From Candidatus Latescibacterota bacterium (lineage in GTDB: Bacteria > Latescibacterota > UBA2968 > UBA8231), in the NCBI GenBank assembly GCA_965203355.1, contig OZ241889.1:1056001-1120000 (forward strand): a stretch of DNA of 64,000 nucleotides, in the 5' to 3' direction. Positions 28,988-37,415 of this stretch are shown here, piece by piece. A program made the position numbers and the translations under genes. How positions within the stretch are numbered: position 1 is the first letter of the stretch; the number at the start of each line of letters is the position of its first letter. The notes below the pieces were generated by a model. The model was not told where the DNA came from, ran no database searches, and saw nothing but the letters and a program-made list of their open reading frames with translations.

Positions 28988-29262
28988 TAGAAAAAGATCA
29001 ATTTTCGTCAAAATCGTCCGCCTGACTGCGCTTGCGGCACGGCAAGGGATTACCGGACGAATTTGCCGAGAGGAGGGGGCTTGGGGTGCGCTTTTGAGAA
29101 GCAGGTTGATAGGGCGGAATAAAGAAGAGCCGTACTCGTCGAGGCTACGGAGTTGGGGTTTTTGGGGCGGGCATGTTGTGCCACTGATACGTCTATATGC
29201 GATCGGTGGGGACTTCTTGGCTATGATGTATGCAAAGGATGAGTCATAGAGTCTCACCGCCA

Positions 29263-29448
29263 CTATTTGTCGAATGCCGTATCGAGCCCCTCGATTCCTG
29301 CGTGGATCAGCATGCGTACAAATTCTTGGCCATTAATCAAAGTGACGCCGTGTAAGTTGGCCTTCTTCTGGCAACACTCGGTAAAGTCTTTGCATGTCGA
29401 AACGACCCAAGAGACCTTGGAATATCCGTCGCTCTGTAATCCACTTAA
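29263..29448 (-). pseudogene. C-terminal remnant of an Mrr-like restriction endonuclease
   Basis: Startless frame ...SKVSWVVSTCKDFTECCQKKANLHGVTLINGQEFVRMLIHAGIEGLDTAFDK* resembles the end of Mrr_cat (hhhT..FT..A...A....hxLIdG.eh..ll). Confidence 0.45.
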
Positions 29449-29479
29449 TTAAACGCAATCCGTCATCCATCTGACAGGA

Positions 29480-30469
29480 TCACGTCGCTCCTTCATCCAA
29501 TCCCAGCACCGCTCGCATCTCCTCCCGCACCGCCTCCCGCAATTCCTCCGGCTCCAGTACCTCAGCCACCGCCCCAAAGCTCAACACCCAACTCTTGATT
29601 TCGTAGAACCCCCCGGCCCGCAGTCGCAGCACCACCCGCCCGTCGTCCAACTCTTCCAATTCTTGGCTCGGATGCCAAATCCGTTCCCGTATGTACGGTG
29701 CTTGCTGCTCGGTGAACCGAATTGCCACATCCATTGGCTCCTCAAGCGAGACGCCGAACGCATTGCTTACCTGCTCATCAACCGACAGGTGATCCTGCGG
29801 CTCAAACTTCTCCTCGGTCACTTCTACCGACTCAAAGCGATCCACCGCCTGCGTGATGAGCTGGTCGTAGTAAGGCACCCGTGAGATTGCGTATAGACCG
29901 CCTCGGTGAGGCATGAGGCGCAGTGGTTCTATATGGTACTGCCGGGCACTCTCGGCCCGTGGCGCGCGGTAGCTCACCCAACAAACGCGGCGTTCCAATA
30001 TGGCGTCGTGCAGGTTCTCGAGTATCTCGCATACATCTTCATAAGGCTTGTACCCGCGGGTGAGTGGCACATACGCCTCTGCCGCACGCTCTAGGAATCG
30101 CCGCATTTCCGAGGGCATGGCCTGAGTCAGCCTGCGAATCGCCGACCGCAGGTGCGCGCCAAATGGGGTGCCTACCAACCCCATGCCCGCCTGCTCGGCG
30201 AAGATCATCGCCGTGATTTCCATGATCGGAAAGTTTAGTGGCAGCTCGGGGTCTTTCAGCAGTTGGTAATAGATGCGCCGATCGACTGGCAACTTTTTCA
30301 TCAGAAACCCTATCGCGCGCAGGTCTTCCAAATCGCGTTGTATGGTGCGTCTATTTACTTTGTACTCGTCCGCCAGCTCGGGAACGCTTATTCCGTAATG
30401 ACGCGCTTGCATCGTCCGCAGGATGTCCAGTTGTCGCACAATCTGCTTCATCGAATCAGCCTTTATCAT
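29480..30469 (-). CDS. HTH-WYL-WCX transcriptional regulator (PafB/C, DriD, BrxR/CapW-like)
   Basis: wHTH ELADEYKVNRRTIQRDLEDL, WYL-like IEPLRL...GGLYAI, WCX ERIWHPSQ...SWVLSFG..AEVLEP.ELR. Confidence 0.92.
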   Translation of the reverse strand: MIKADSMKQIVRQLDILRTMQARHYGISVPELADEYKVNRRTIQRDLEDLRAIGFLMKKLPVDRRIYYQLLKDPELPLNFPIMEITAMIFAEQAGMGLVGTPFGAHLRSAIRRLTQAMPSEMRRFLERAAEAYVPLTRGYKPYEDVCEILENLHDAILERRVCWVSYRAPRAESARQYHIEPLRLMPHRGGLYAISRVPYYDQLITQAVDRFESVEVTEEKFEPQDHLSVDEQVSNAFGVSLEEPMDVAIRFTEQQAPYIRERIWHPSQELEELDDGRVVLRLRAGGFYEIKSWVLSFGAVAEVLEPEELREAVREEMRAVLGLDEGAT

Positions 30470-30477
30470 AGATGCGA

Positions 30478-30491
30478 AACTACATGTAGTT
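30478..30491. promoter_or_regulatory. Perfect 14-bp palindrome upstream of the WYL gene (candidate operator)
   Basis: AACTACATGTAGTT, 8 bp upstream of ATG 30469. Confidence 0.4.
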
Positions 30492-30552
30492 CGGGGCGAT
30501 GATTATGGCTTGACTAGCGTTTTCTAAGAAACCTTTTTGTCGCCTAAATCTC

Positions 30553-31245
30553 CTATCCCGCCGCCCGCGTCACCAAGTGCTCAAAGAGCTTCGACCAAAT
30601 CGTCCGCGGCATCCGCTCCGGGTGAAACTGCACGCCGATTAAGCGACCATCCGCGCTCTCAACCGCCTCCACGACGCCATCGCCGCTGCGCCCGCTGATG
30701 TCCAAGCCCGCGCCGGGCTGATCAATGGCTTGCAAGTGATACGAGTTGACCCGCGAAAGCCCGGCCTGGCCCAGCGCGGCCAGTATCGTGCCCGGCTCTA
30801 CTTGGAGATCGTGTTCGATGCGCTCGGCCTTGGCTCGTTGCGGCGAATGCGGCTCAACCCCGAGTTGGGCTTCCACGTCGGCCCAAATCGTACCGCCCAA
30901 CTCGGCGCTGATAAACTGCATTCCGTAGCAGATGCCCAAAACCGGCAACTGACGCTCTTGCGCGGCCGCAAAGCTCCAGCGGTCGGCTTGGGCGCGCTGG
31001 GCTGCCACGGGCGGTAGATCGCCGGGCAGGGTGCCGATCAGGCCGCGCTCAATGCCCGGGCCGCCGGTGATCAATAGACCGTCGATGCGCTCGAGGACCG
31101 CCTGTAGTGCCGTGCGCTCTGTCGTCATCGGCAGCACGAGCGGCGCACCGCCGGCCTGTGCAACCGCTTCTACGTAGTGATGATCGAGGGTTTGCTGGCC
31201 GTTGGCGTTTAGGCTGCTGGTGATGCCGATGAGCGGGCGGGGCAT
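30553..31245 (-). CDS. Gamma-glutamyl-gamma-aminobutyrate hydrolase family (peptidase C26)
   Basis: RPLIGIT, GLLITGG, PVLGICYGMQ, VNSYHLQA, GVQFHPE. Confidence 0.88.
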   Translation of the reverse strand: MPRPLIGITSSLNANGQQTLDHHYVEAVAQAGGAPLVLPMTTERTALQAVLERIDGLLITGGPGIERGLIGTLPGDLPPVAAQRAQADRWSFAAAQERQLPVLGICYGMQFISAELGGTIWADVEAQLGVEPHSPQRAKAERIEHDLQVEPGTILAALGQAGLSRVNSYHLQAIDQPGAGLDISGRSGDGVVEAVESADGRLIGVQFHPERMPRTIWSKLFEHLVTRAAG

Positions 31246-32618
31246 CAGACGCCGGCCTTGAGCCTGGCGAAGGAGACTGTGTCGTCGAGCAGGGTCAAGG
31301 CCGCAAAGCTCTCGATGTCGGTGCGCGAGGCGTCGAGCCGGGCGATGGCCTTGAGCAAGAAGTTCTGCTGCCGATCGTTGCGCGGACTGGCGGTCAGGAG
31401 CCGTTGGTTAAATTCGGCCTGGTCTTCCACGCTCTTGTTGGCTAGCCGCTCGCCTAGCCATGCCACCATCGCTTCGTCGGTCCCGTTGGCCGCGATCGCT
31501 GCGGCAAAGGCGGCTTGGTCGAGGCCGAGAAAATCCAGCACGGCGCGGTCAAAACCCGAATCCTCGCCGCACCAGTACTCGCCTAGGCAATGGCAGTGCG
31601 CGGCGCGGAATTTGTCGATCATCCGCGCTAGGCAGGCCAAGCCGCCGACGCTCAGATCAAACGGGCTACGCGGCGGGTGTCGGCGCAAGTCCGTCAGCCC
31701 AAAGCTCAATTCGTCGTCGAGGTCTTGCAGGTCGAAAAAGCTCTGGATATCGGTACGCTCGGGCGCGATTTCGGCGCGGCGGGCGGCGAGCCGTTCGCGC
31801 ATCGGGTCGTAGTCGCCGGTGCTGGCATGAGCGGCGTCGAATAGGTCCGGGTGATATGAGTGATGGAGCGGGTGGGCCGGGTGGCGACCGACGTTAGCGC
31901 GGCAGGCGCTGAAGACGCTTTTTTCCGCGGCCGATTTCTGGCAGCGTTGGGCGATCCACTCGCTCAGCTCGTCGTCGTTGGGGTTTTCATAGGCCGCTTG
32001 GCGAAAGGCGTCCTCGGCAATGCCCAAGAATTCCAAAATGGCCGCGTCTTGGCTGGAATCGGCTCCAAAGCGGTACTCGCCTAACTTGCCGCAGGTAGCG
32101 GCCCGCGCCTTGTCGGCCATGCGTGCGGCACCCGCCACGCCGAAGACGCGGCGGAGGTAGGGGCTGCGCGGCGGTTGAGCGGTCAGATCCAAATCCCGAA
32201 AGGCGCCCCAGTCGTCCAATTCGATGGAGGCGAAGACCGTTTTGATGTCCGTGCGACCTGGGGCGTACTGGGCGATCCGCTCGGCCAGCAGCCGCTCGTG
32301 TAACTCGTCCTGCGGCTCGCGGGTGAGGTGTTCCTCGTTGAAGTCGTCGATCTCGGCTGGGCTTTTCTGCGCTCTTTCGAGGGCCAATTCGCCCAAGGCT
32401 TCGTCGTCTAGCTCGGCGACGGCCGCGGCGAACTCGGCGGCGTTCATGTTGATGAATTCGAGCACTTCGACATCGAGGCCGGAGGGGTCTCCATATTTGA
32501 ACGCGCCGATGGTTTCGGCCTTGTGGCCGCGCGCCTTGTCGATCATCCGCGCCAGCCCGGTGATGCCGGCGACGCCAGCGTTGGAGGGGCGGCGGGGTGG
32601 TTGTCTGGTCAGGTCCAT
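31245..32618 (-). CDS. Protein with three tandem DUF5069-like domains
   Basis: Three copies of DL...PPR.P.....G...LARM.DK.RA....LGEY..G..S..D...LEFL. Confidence 0.8.
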   Translation of the reverse strand: MDLTRQPPRRPSNAGVAGITGLARMIDKARGHKAETIGAFKYGDPSGLDVEVLEFINMNAAEFAAAVAELDDEALGELALERAQKSPAEIDDFNEEHLTREPQDELHERLLAERIAQYAPGRTDIKTVFASIELDDWGAFRDLDLTAQPPRSPYLRRVFGVAGAARMADKARAATCGKLGEYRFGADSSQDAAILEFLGIAEDAFRQAAYENPNDDELSEWIAQRCQKSAAEKSVFSACRANVGRHPAHPLHHSYHPDLFDAAHASTGDYDPMRERLAARRAEIAPERTDIQSFFDLQDLDDELSFGLTDLRRHPPRSPFDLSVGGLACLARMIDKFRAAHCHCLGEYWCGEDSGFDRAVLDFLGLDQAAFAAAIAANGTDEAMVAWLGERLANKSVEDQAEFNQRLLTASPRNDRQQNFLLKAIARLDASRTDIESFAALTLLDDTVSFARLKAGV

Positions 32619-32720
32619 GAGAAACGGCTCCTAGGTTGTAAGGTGAGGATTTTCAATATACCAACCGCAGCAGGGGCGGCAATGTTTGACGCTTCTACCG
32701 GCGGCTTCTATACTCTGCCC

Positions 32721-33527
32721 ATGCCCGAGCTACCCGAGGTCGAAACCGTCCGCCGCGCGATGGAGTGCCACTTGCTAGGTCGGCCAATTACCCGCGTCCG
32801 CGTCAGCCCAAAGCGCCTGCGCGAGCCGTTGCCGAGGGCTGCGCTGCGCACCTTGGTCGGAGACTGCTTTGTGGCGGCGCGCCGCCGCGCCAAATTCCTC
32901 CTCCTCGACCTGCAATGGGGCCGGACGCTCTTGGTCCATCTCGGCATGAGCGGCAATTTGCTCCTGCGGCCGTGGGGCACCAAGCACGATCACGTGGGCT
33001 TTGAATTTGCCGACGGGGGGGCCGCAACATTTAACGATCCGCGGCGCTTTGGGCTGGTGCTAGTGCTCGACGAGGGCGCGGAGCACACGTGCCGGTACTT
33101 GCAAAACCTCGGCCCTGAGCCGCTCTCCCGCGCCTTTAATGCCCGCTATCTGCAAGCCCAATGCCAGCGGCGCAAAAGTCCGATCAAGAACCTCATTATG
33201 GACAATCGCACGGTAGTAGGCGTGGGCAATATCTACGCCAGCGAGGCCCTGTTCCGGGCGCGCATCCATCCGGCGACCCCGGCTGAGGCCATTGAGCCGC
33301 CGCGCTTGGCCGTACTTGCCGAGGAGATCAAAAAAGTGCTGCGCGTCGCCATTGACCAAGGCGGCACGACCATCAGCGACTATCAGGGGTCGGGTGCGGG
33401 CGGGCGCTTTCAGCAGCAGCTCTACGTGTACGGCCGCCGAGGCGAGGACTGCCGTGTCTGCGACGCGCCCATTGAGAGTTTCTACTTGGGAGGCCGCAAC
33501 ACCTTTTATTGTTCGGGTTGTCAATAA
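32721..33527 (+). CDS. mutM: Formamidopyrimidine-DNA glycosylase
   Basis: MPELPEVE, RRAKFL, HLGMSG, DPRRFG, GVGNIYASE, C-terminal zinc finger. Confidence 0.95.
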   Translation: MPELPEVETVRRAMECHLLGRPITRVRVSPKRLREPLPRAALRTLVGDCFVAARRRAKFLLLDLQWGRTLLVHLGMSGNLLLRPWGTKHDHVGFEFADGGAATFNDPRRFGLVLVLDEGAEHTCRYLQNLGPEPLSRAFNARYLQAQCQRRKSPIKNLIMDNRTVVGVGNIYASEALFRARIHPATPAEAIEPPRLAVLAEEIKKVLRVAIDQGGTTISDYQGSGAGGRFQQQLYVYGRRGEDCRVCDAPIESFYLGGRNTFYCSGCQ

Positions 33528-33554
33528 AAACGCCGGCCCCGTTTGGGACCGGCG
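33526..33554 (-). terminator. Intrinsic terminator of clpP (possibly bidirectional)
   Basis: CGCCGGCCCC-gttt-GGGACCGGCG with an A5 run on the left. Confidence 0.55.
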
Positions 33555-33581
33555 CAATGAGCAAGACGCGGAGGAGCAGTG

Positions 33582-34196
33582 CTACTTTTTCTTTTTACTG
33601 TGCCCGTTGGGCGAGGGGGCCGTGGTGGTGATGATGTCGTCGAGCAGGCCGTATTCCTTGGCTTCCTCGGCCGACATGAAAAAGTCGCGGTCCGTGTCTT
33701 TGGCGATCTTTTCGACGGATTGGCCGGTGTGCTTGGCGTAGAGCGCGTTGAGCTCTTCGCGCAAGCGGATCGTCTCCTTGGCGCGGATGTCGAGGTCGAT
33801 GGCCGTGCCAGTGACGGTGTGGAGGATGCTCGGCTGATGGATCATAATCCGGGCGTGCGGCCAGGCGAAGCGACGCCCGGGCTCGCCAGCCGCCAGCAGG
33901 AACGAGCCCATGCTCATGGCCATGCCCATGCACACCGTGGAAACCGGGGCCTGAATCGCCAGCATGGCGTCGTAGATAGCCATGCCGTCGTGAACTGAGC
34001 CGCCAGGACTGTTGATGTAGAGGACGATTTCCTCGGTTGGGTCCTCGACGTCCAGCGAGAGCAGGCGAGTGACCACGGCCTTGGCCGACTCGTCGTTGAC
34101 GTCGGACCAAAGAAATATTTTGCGCGCTTTGTACAGACTCTCCTCCAAGTTTTTTTCTTGGAGTACCTTGAGCAGTTCTTCTTCTTTTTCGGCCAT
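33582..34196 (-). CDS. clpP: ATP-dependent Clp protease proteolytic subunit
   Basis: YINSPGGSV..GMAIYD, AMSMG (Ser), MIHQP (His), DTDRDFFMSAEEAKEYGLLD (Asp). Confidence 0.92.
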   Translation of the reverse strand: MAEKEEELLKVLQEKNLEESLYKARKIFLWSDVNDESAKAVVTRLLSLDVEDPTEEIVLYINSPGGSVHDGMAIYDAMLAIQAPVSTVCMGMAMSMGSFLLAAGEPGRRFAWPHARIMIHQPSILHTVTGTAIDLDIRAKETIRLREELNALYAKHTGQSVEKIAKDTDRDFFMSAEEAKEYGLLDDIITTTAPSPNGHSKKKK

Positions 34197-34270
34197 TAAA
34201 ACATCTCCATAAACCTGAAATTGTCCTACTGTGTTCGGGCTTCACAATATACGCGGCGGCCCCAACAGCG

Positions 34271-37200
34271 TCAATCGGCTGTGCCTCGTTCTTTGCGCCC
34301 AAACGCCGACGTCATAATCCGCATCATGGCCGTGCGGAAATCGTCGAAAAAGGTGTAGAACAGCGGCACCAGCAAAAGCGTCAGCACCATGGAAGCCAGC
34401 AGGCCGCCGATCATCGTCCGGCCCAGCGGCGCGTACTCCAAGCCCACCATCTTGGAACTGCCTACGGCCATTGGAATCAGCCCGAAAGCCGTGGTAAAGG
34501 TCGTCATCAGGATGGGCCGGAAGCGGTGGCGGCCGGCCGCCAATAGCGCGTCGTAGCGCGACTTGCCCTCGGCCCGGAGCCGGTTGGCCAAGTCGATCAG
34601 CACGATGGCGTTGTTCACGACCACGCCGATCAGAATTACCGAGCCGATCATCGACATGATTTCAAAGGGCGTGTCGGTTATATATAGAACCCAGTAAACG
34701 CCGAGGAAGGAGAATGGGATGGACACGATCACCGACAGCGGCAGCACGAACGACTCAAAGAGCACTCCCATCAGCAAAAAGACAAAGGTCACGGACATGA
34801 TCAGAGCAAACTTCTGCGACTGGTTTTGCTCTTCTAGCTCGACGAAGCGCGTACCCTTGTCCCAGCGATAGCCGTGCGGCATCTCAAAGCCCTGCATCGC
34901 CTGATCGACTTGGGCGAAAAGATGTTGTGCCCGGTCTTTGGCTGCACGGGCACTGACATTGAGCATGGTCTGGCGGTTCTCGCGCCGAATGTTGCCCAGC
35001 GTGCGTTCGACGTAGATGTCCGCGAGTGCTTCGAGGGACACTTCGCGGCCATCGTCGGTGGAAAAGTGTTGGGTGCGCAGATCGTCTAGGTTCTGGCTGT
35101 CGTAGTTGGCCAGCCGGACGCGGATATCGACTTCGCGGCCATCGTCGGTGTGGAATTTGTTGATGTCTGTGCCGCGTAGGGCGTAAGCGATGGCGCCCGA
35201 AACCTGCTGGGGATCCACGCCGAAGCGCTGAATTTGGTCGCGATCGAGGCGCACCTGTAGCTCGGTGCCACCGCGGTCCATGTCGGTGTTGACCGACAGC
35301 AAGCCGGGGATGCTTTCCAGCCGCCGCTCGACCTCGGCGGCCAGCCCGACCAGCACCTTGGTGTCCTCGCCGTACAGGCTGACATTGACTCGGGCATCCT
35401 GCTCGGAGTTTTCCCAGTTGACCCGCAAGGTAATGCCCGGCGGCAGATAGAGTCGCGCGCGAATATCCTTTTCGACTTCTTTGTAGGAGAGGTAATCCCG
35501 TTCCTTCAGGCCCAGCGCGATGTTCAAGTTGTCCCAAGCCACCTCATACCACTCCACGTCCTCTTCTTCGGCGAAAAACAGCGTCACCCGACCCCAGCCA
35601 CGGCGGAAATAGGTGCGCAGCATTTCGACGTTGTACTCGGCCTTGTGGGCCATCACCGTGTCCTCGATGGCGGTCATAAACTGCTCGGCTTGGTCCAGCG
35701 ACTGGCCCGAAGGCATCTCAAAGGCCAAGTCCATCCGCACCTCGTTGCGCTCCTGGCTGTCGGTGCGATCCATGCCCTCCATCGGAATCTGGATGCTGGC
35801 AAAAAGGGCGAAGGCGATGACGCAGGCGTCGAGGCGATTGTTCAGCACCCAGCCCAGCGCGCGCACGTAGTGCTTGCGGGACCAGAGGATTATTCTCGAC
35901 TCGCCCCGCTCTTTTTTCGTCGAGAGCTTGAGCGCGGCGAGGGGGATAAAGATCAGGGCGATGAGCAGCGAGGCCACCAGACCCACGATGACCGGCAGGC
36001 CGATTCTGAGCATCCAGAACGAAAACATCTCCTCGTCGCTCATCAGGATCAGGGGCAGGAAGACCACCACCGTCGTCAGGGTCGCCATGGTCACCGCCAG
36101 CCCAACCTCGCCGGCTCCCTCGATGGAGGCCGGGCGCGGGGCGATTCCTTCTTGGCGTTTGCGGTAGATGTTTTCGACGATGACGATGGCGTTGTCAACC
36201 ACCAAACCTAGGCTCAGCATCAGGCCCATCATCGTCGCCACATTCAGGGACCAGCCCATAAAGTACAAGGTGGTAATCGTCGCCAGAATTGACAGCGGGA
36301 TCGCCAAGGTGATGATCAGCGTGATGCGTATGGCCCGCAAAAAGAAAAAGAGCACGATGGCTGCGAACAGGCCACCCCACAGGCCAGAAGTTTTGAGATT
36401 GTCAACCGAGTTGATCACTTGATCGCCTTGGTTCCAGAACAGCTTGAAGTCCAAGCCCTCGAGCTTGGGATGATCCTTCAGCGCTTCGAGTGCCTCCTTC
36501 ACGCCGTTGGAAACCTCGACGACATTGGCGCCCGACGCCTTGGTGACGCCAAAGCCCAGCGATTCCTTGCGGTTAATGCGATTGACCCAGTCTTGCTCCG
36601 GCTGCTTATAGGCAACCTCGGCGATGTCGCTCAGCCGCAGCTGGTGTTCGGGATCGACTACGGTGTTGGCGATCTCTTCGATGTTTTGGAAGCGGCCCAC
36701 TGAACGCACGTAGATCTTTTTGCCGCCCTCGATCACCCAGCCCCCGGGCACGGTGAGGTTTTGGGCGCGCAGGTTGGTGAGCGCGTTAAAGACATCGATC
36801 CTATGGCCGCGCACCTTGCCTTTGTCCAACTCGACCATCACCTGTTTGCTTGCCGACCCCCAGATTTCGATGTTGCCGACCCCATCGACGCGCCGCAAGG
36901 CTGGCTCCATATAGGTGTCGATGAGTTTGCGCGGATCGACGGATTGGCGCTCTAAGATGATGGCGCCTTCCATGATCGGGATGTCGTTTTCGTCCCAGCG
37001 TCGCACCCACAGTTGTTCGATTTCGTCGGGCAGTTCGGGCATCACGCGGTCGAGCCGGTCCTTCATCTGGGCGAAGGCCAATTGCAGGTCGGTGCCCTTC
37101 TGGAACTCGACTTGGACATTGCCGCCGCTGTTGTAGGCGTTGGAGCGGATTCGCTTGACCCGACTGACTTGGGCGACCGCCTCCTCTAGGTGGCGGACTA

Positions 37201-37408
37201 CCTTCTGCTCGACTTCGACCGCGCCGGCGTTGGGATAGTGAGCCCAGGCGAAGAGCCGGGGATAGTCAAAGCCTTCGGGGAAAAGCGTCAGCGGGATCCG
37301 CGTATAGGCGATGTAGCCCACCACCAACAGCGCGACCAGCGACATGACCACCGTCACCGGCCGGTTGACCGAAAAGCGCGGCAGGGGATACTGGGTTGGC
37401 TTTTCCAT
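34271..37408 (-). CDS. RND efflux permease subunit (AcrB/MdtC-like)
   Basis: SVNRPVTV, GLVVDNAIVIVEN, GVVVNNAIVLID, RFRPILMT. Confidence 0.92.
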   Translation of the reverse strand: MEKPTQYPLPRFSVNRPVTVVMSLVALLVVGYIAYTRIPLTLFPEGFDYPRLFAWAHYPNAGAVEVEQKVVRHLEEAVAQVSRVKRIRSNAYNSGGNVQVEFQKGTDLQLAFAQMKDRLDRVMPELPDEIEQLWVRRWDENDIPIMEGAIILERQSVDPRKLIDTYMEPALRRVDGVGNIEIWGSASKQVMVELDKGKVRGHRIDVFNALTNLRAQNLTVPGGWVIEGGKKIYVRSVGRFQNIEEIANTVVDPEHQLRLSDIAEVAYKQPEQDWVNRINRKESLGFGVTKASGANVVEVSNGVKEALEALKDHPKLEGLDFKLFWNQGDQVINSVDNLKTSGLWGGLFAAIVLFFFLRAIRITLIITLAIPLSILATITTLYFMGWSLNVATMMGLMLSLGLVVDNAIVIVENIYRKRQEGIAPRPASIEGAGEVGLAVTMATLTTVVVFLPLILMSDEEMFSFWMLRIGLPVIVGLVASLLIALIFIPLAALKLSTKKERGESRIILWSRKHYVRALGWVLNNRLDACVIAFALFASIQIPMEGMDRTDSQERNEVRMDLAFEMPSGQSLDQAEQFMTAIEDTVMAHKAEYNVEMLRTYFRRGWGRVTLFFAEEEDVEWYEVAWDNLNIALGLKERDYLSYKEVEKDIRARLYLPPGITLRVNWENSEQDARVNVSLYGEDTKVLVGLAAEVERRLESIPGLLSVNTDMDRGGTELQVRLDRDQIQRFGVDPQQVSGAIAYALRGTDINKFHTDDGREVDIRVRLANYDSQNLDDLRTQHFSTDDGREVSLEALADIYVERTLGNIRRENRQTMLNVSARAAKDRAQHLFAQVDQAMQGFEMPHGYRWDKGTRFVELEEQNQSQKFALIMSVTFVFLLMGVLFESFVLPLSVIVSIPFSFLGVYWVLYITDTPFEIMSMIGSVILIGVVVNNAIVLIDLANRLRAEGKSRYDALLAAGRHRFRPILMTTFTTAFGLIPMAVGSSKMVGLEYAPLGRTMIGGLLASMVLTLLLVPLFYTFFDDFRTAMMRIMTSAFGRKERGTAD

Positions 37409-37415
37409 CGGTCTC

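Noticed and set aside
28990-29260. ORFs 28770..29249 and 28964..29263
   Set aside because: No motifs or RBS, and they overlap the promoter element; treated as non-coding spacer.
30524-30538. CTAAGAAACCTTTTT resembling the left end of the MITE at 49211
   Set aside because: Short partial match with no matching inverted partner found.
22955-30550. Prophage, ICE or integron
   Set aside because: No integrase, transposase, tRNA target, phage structural genes or canonical attC structure seen.
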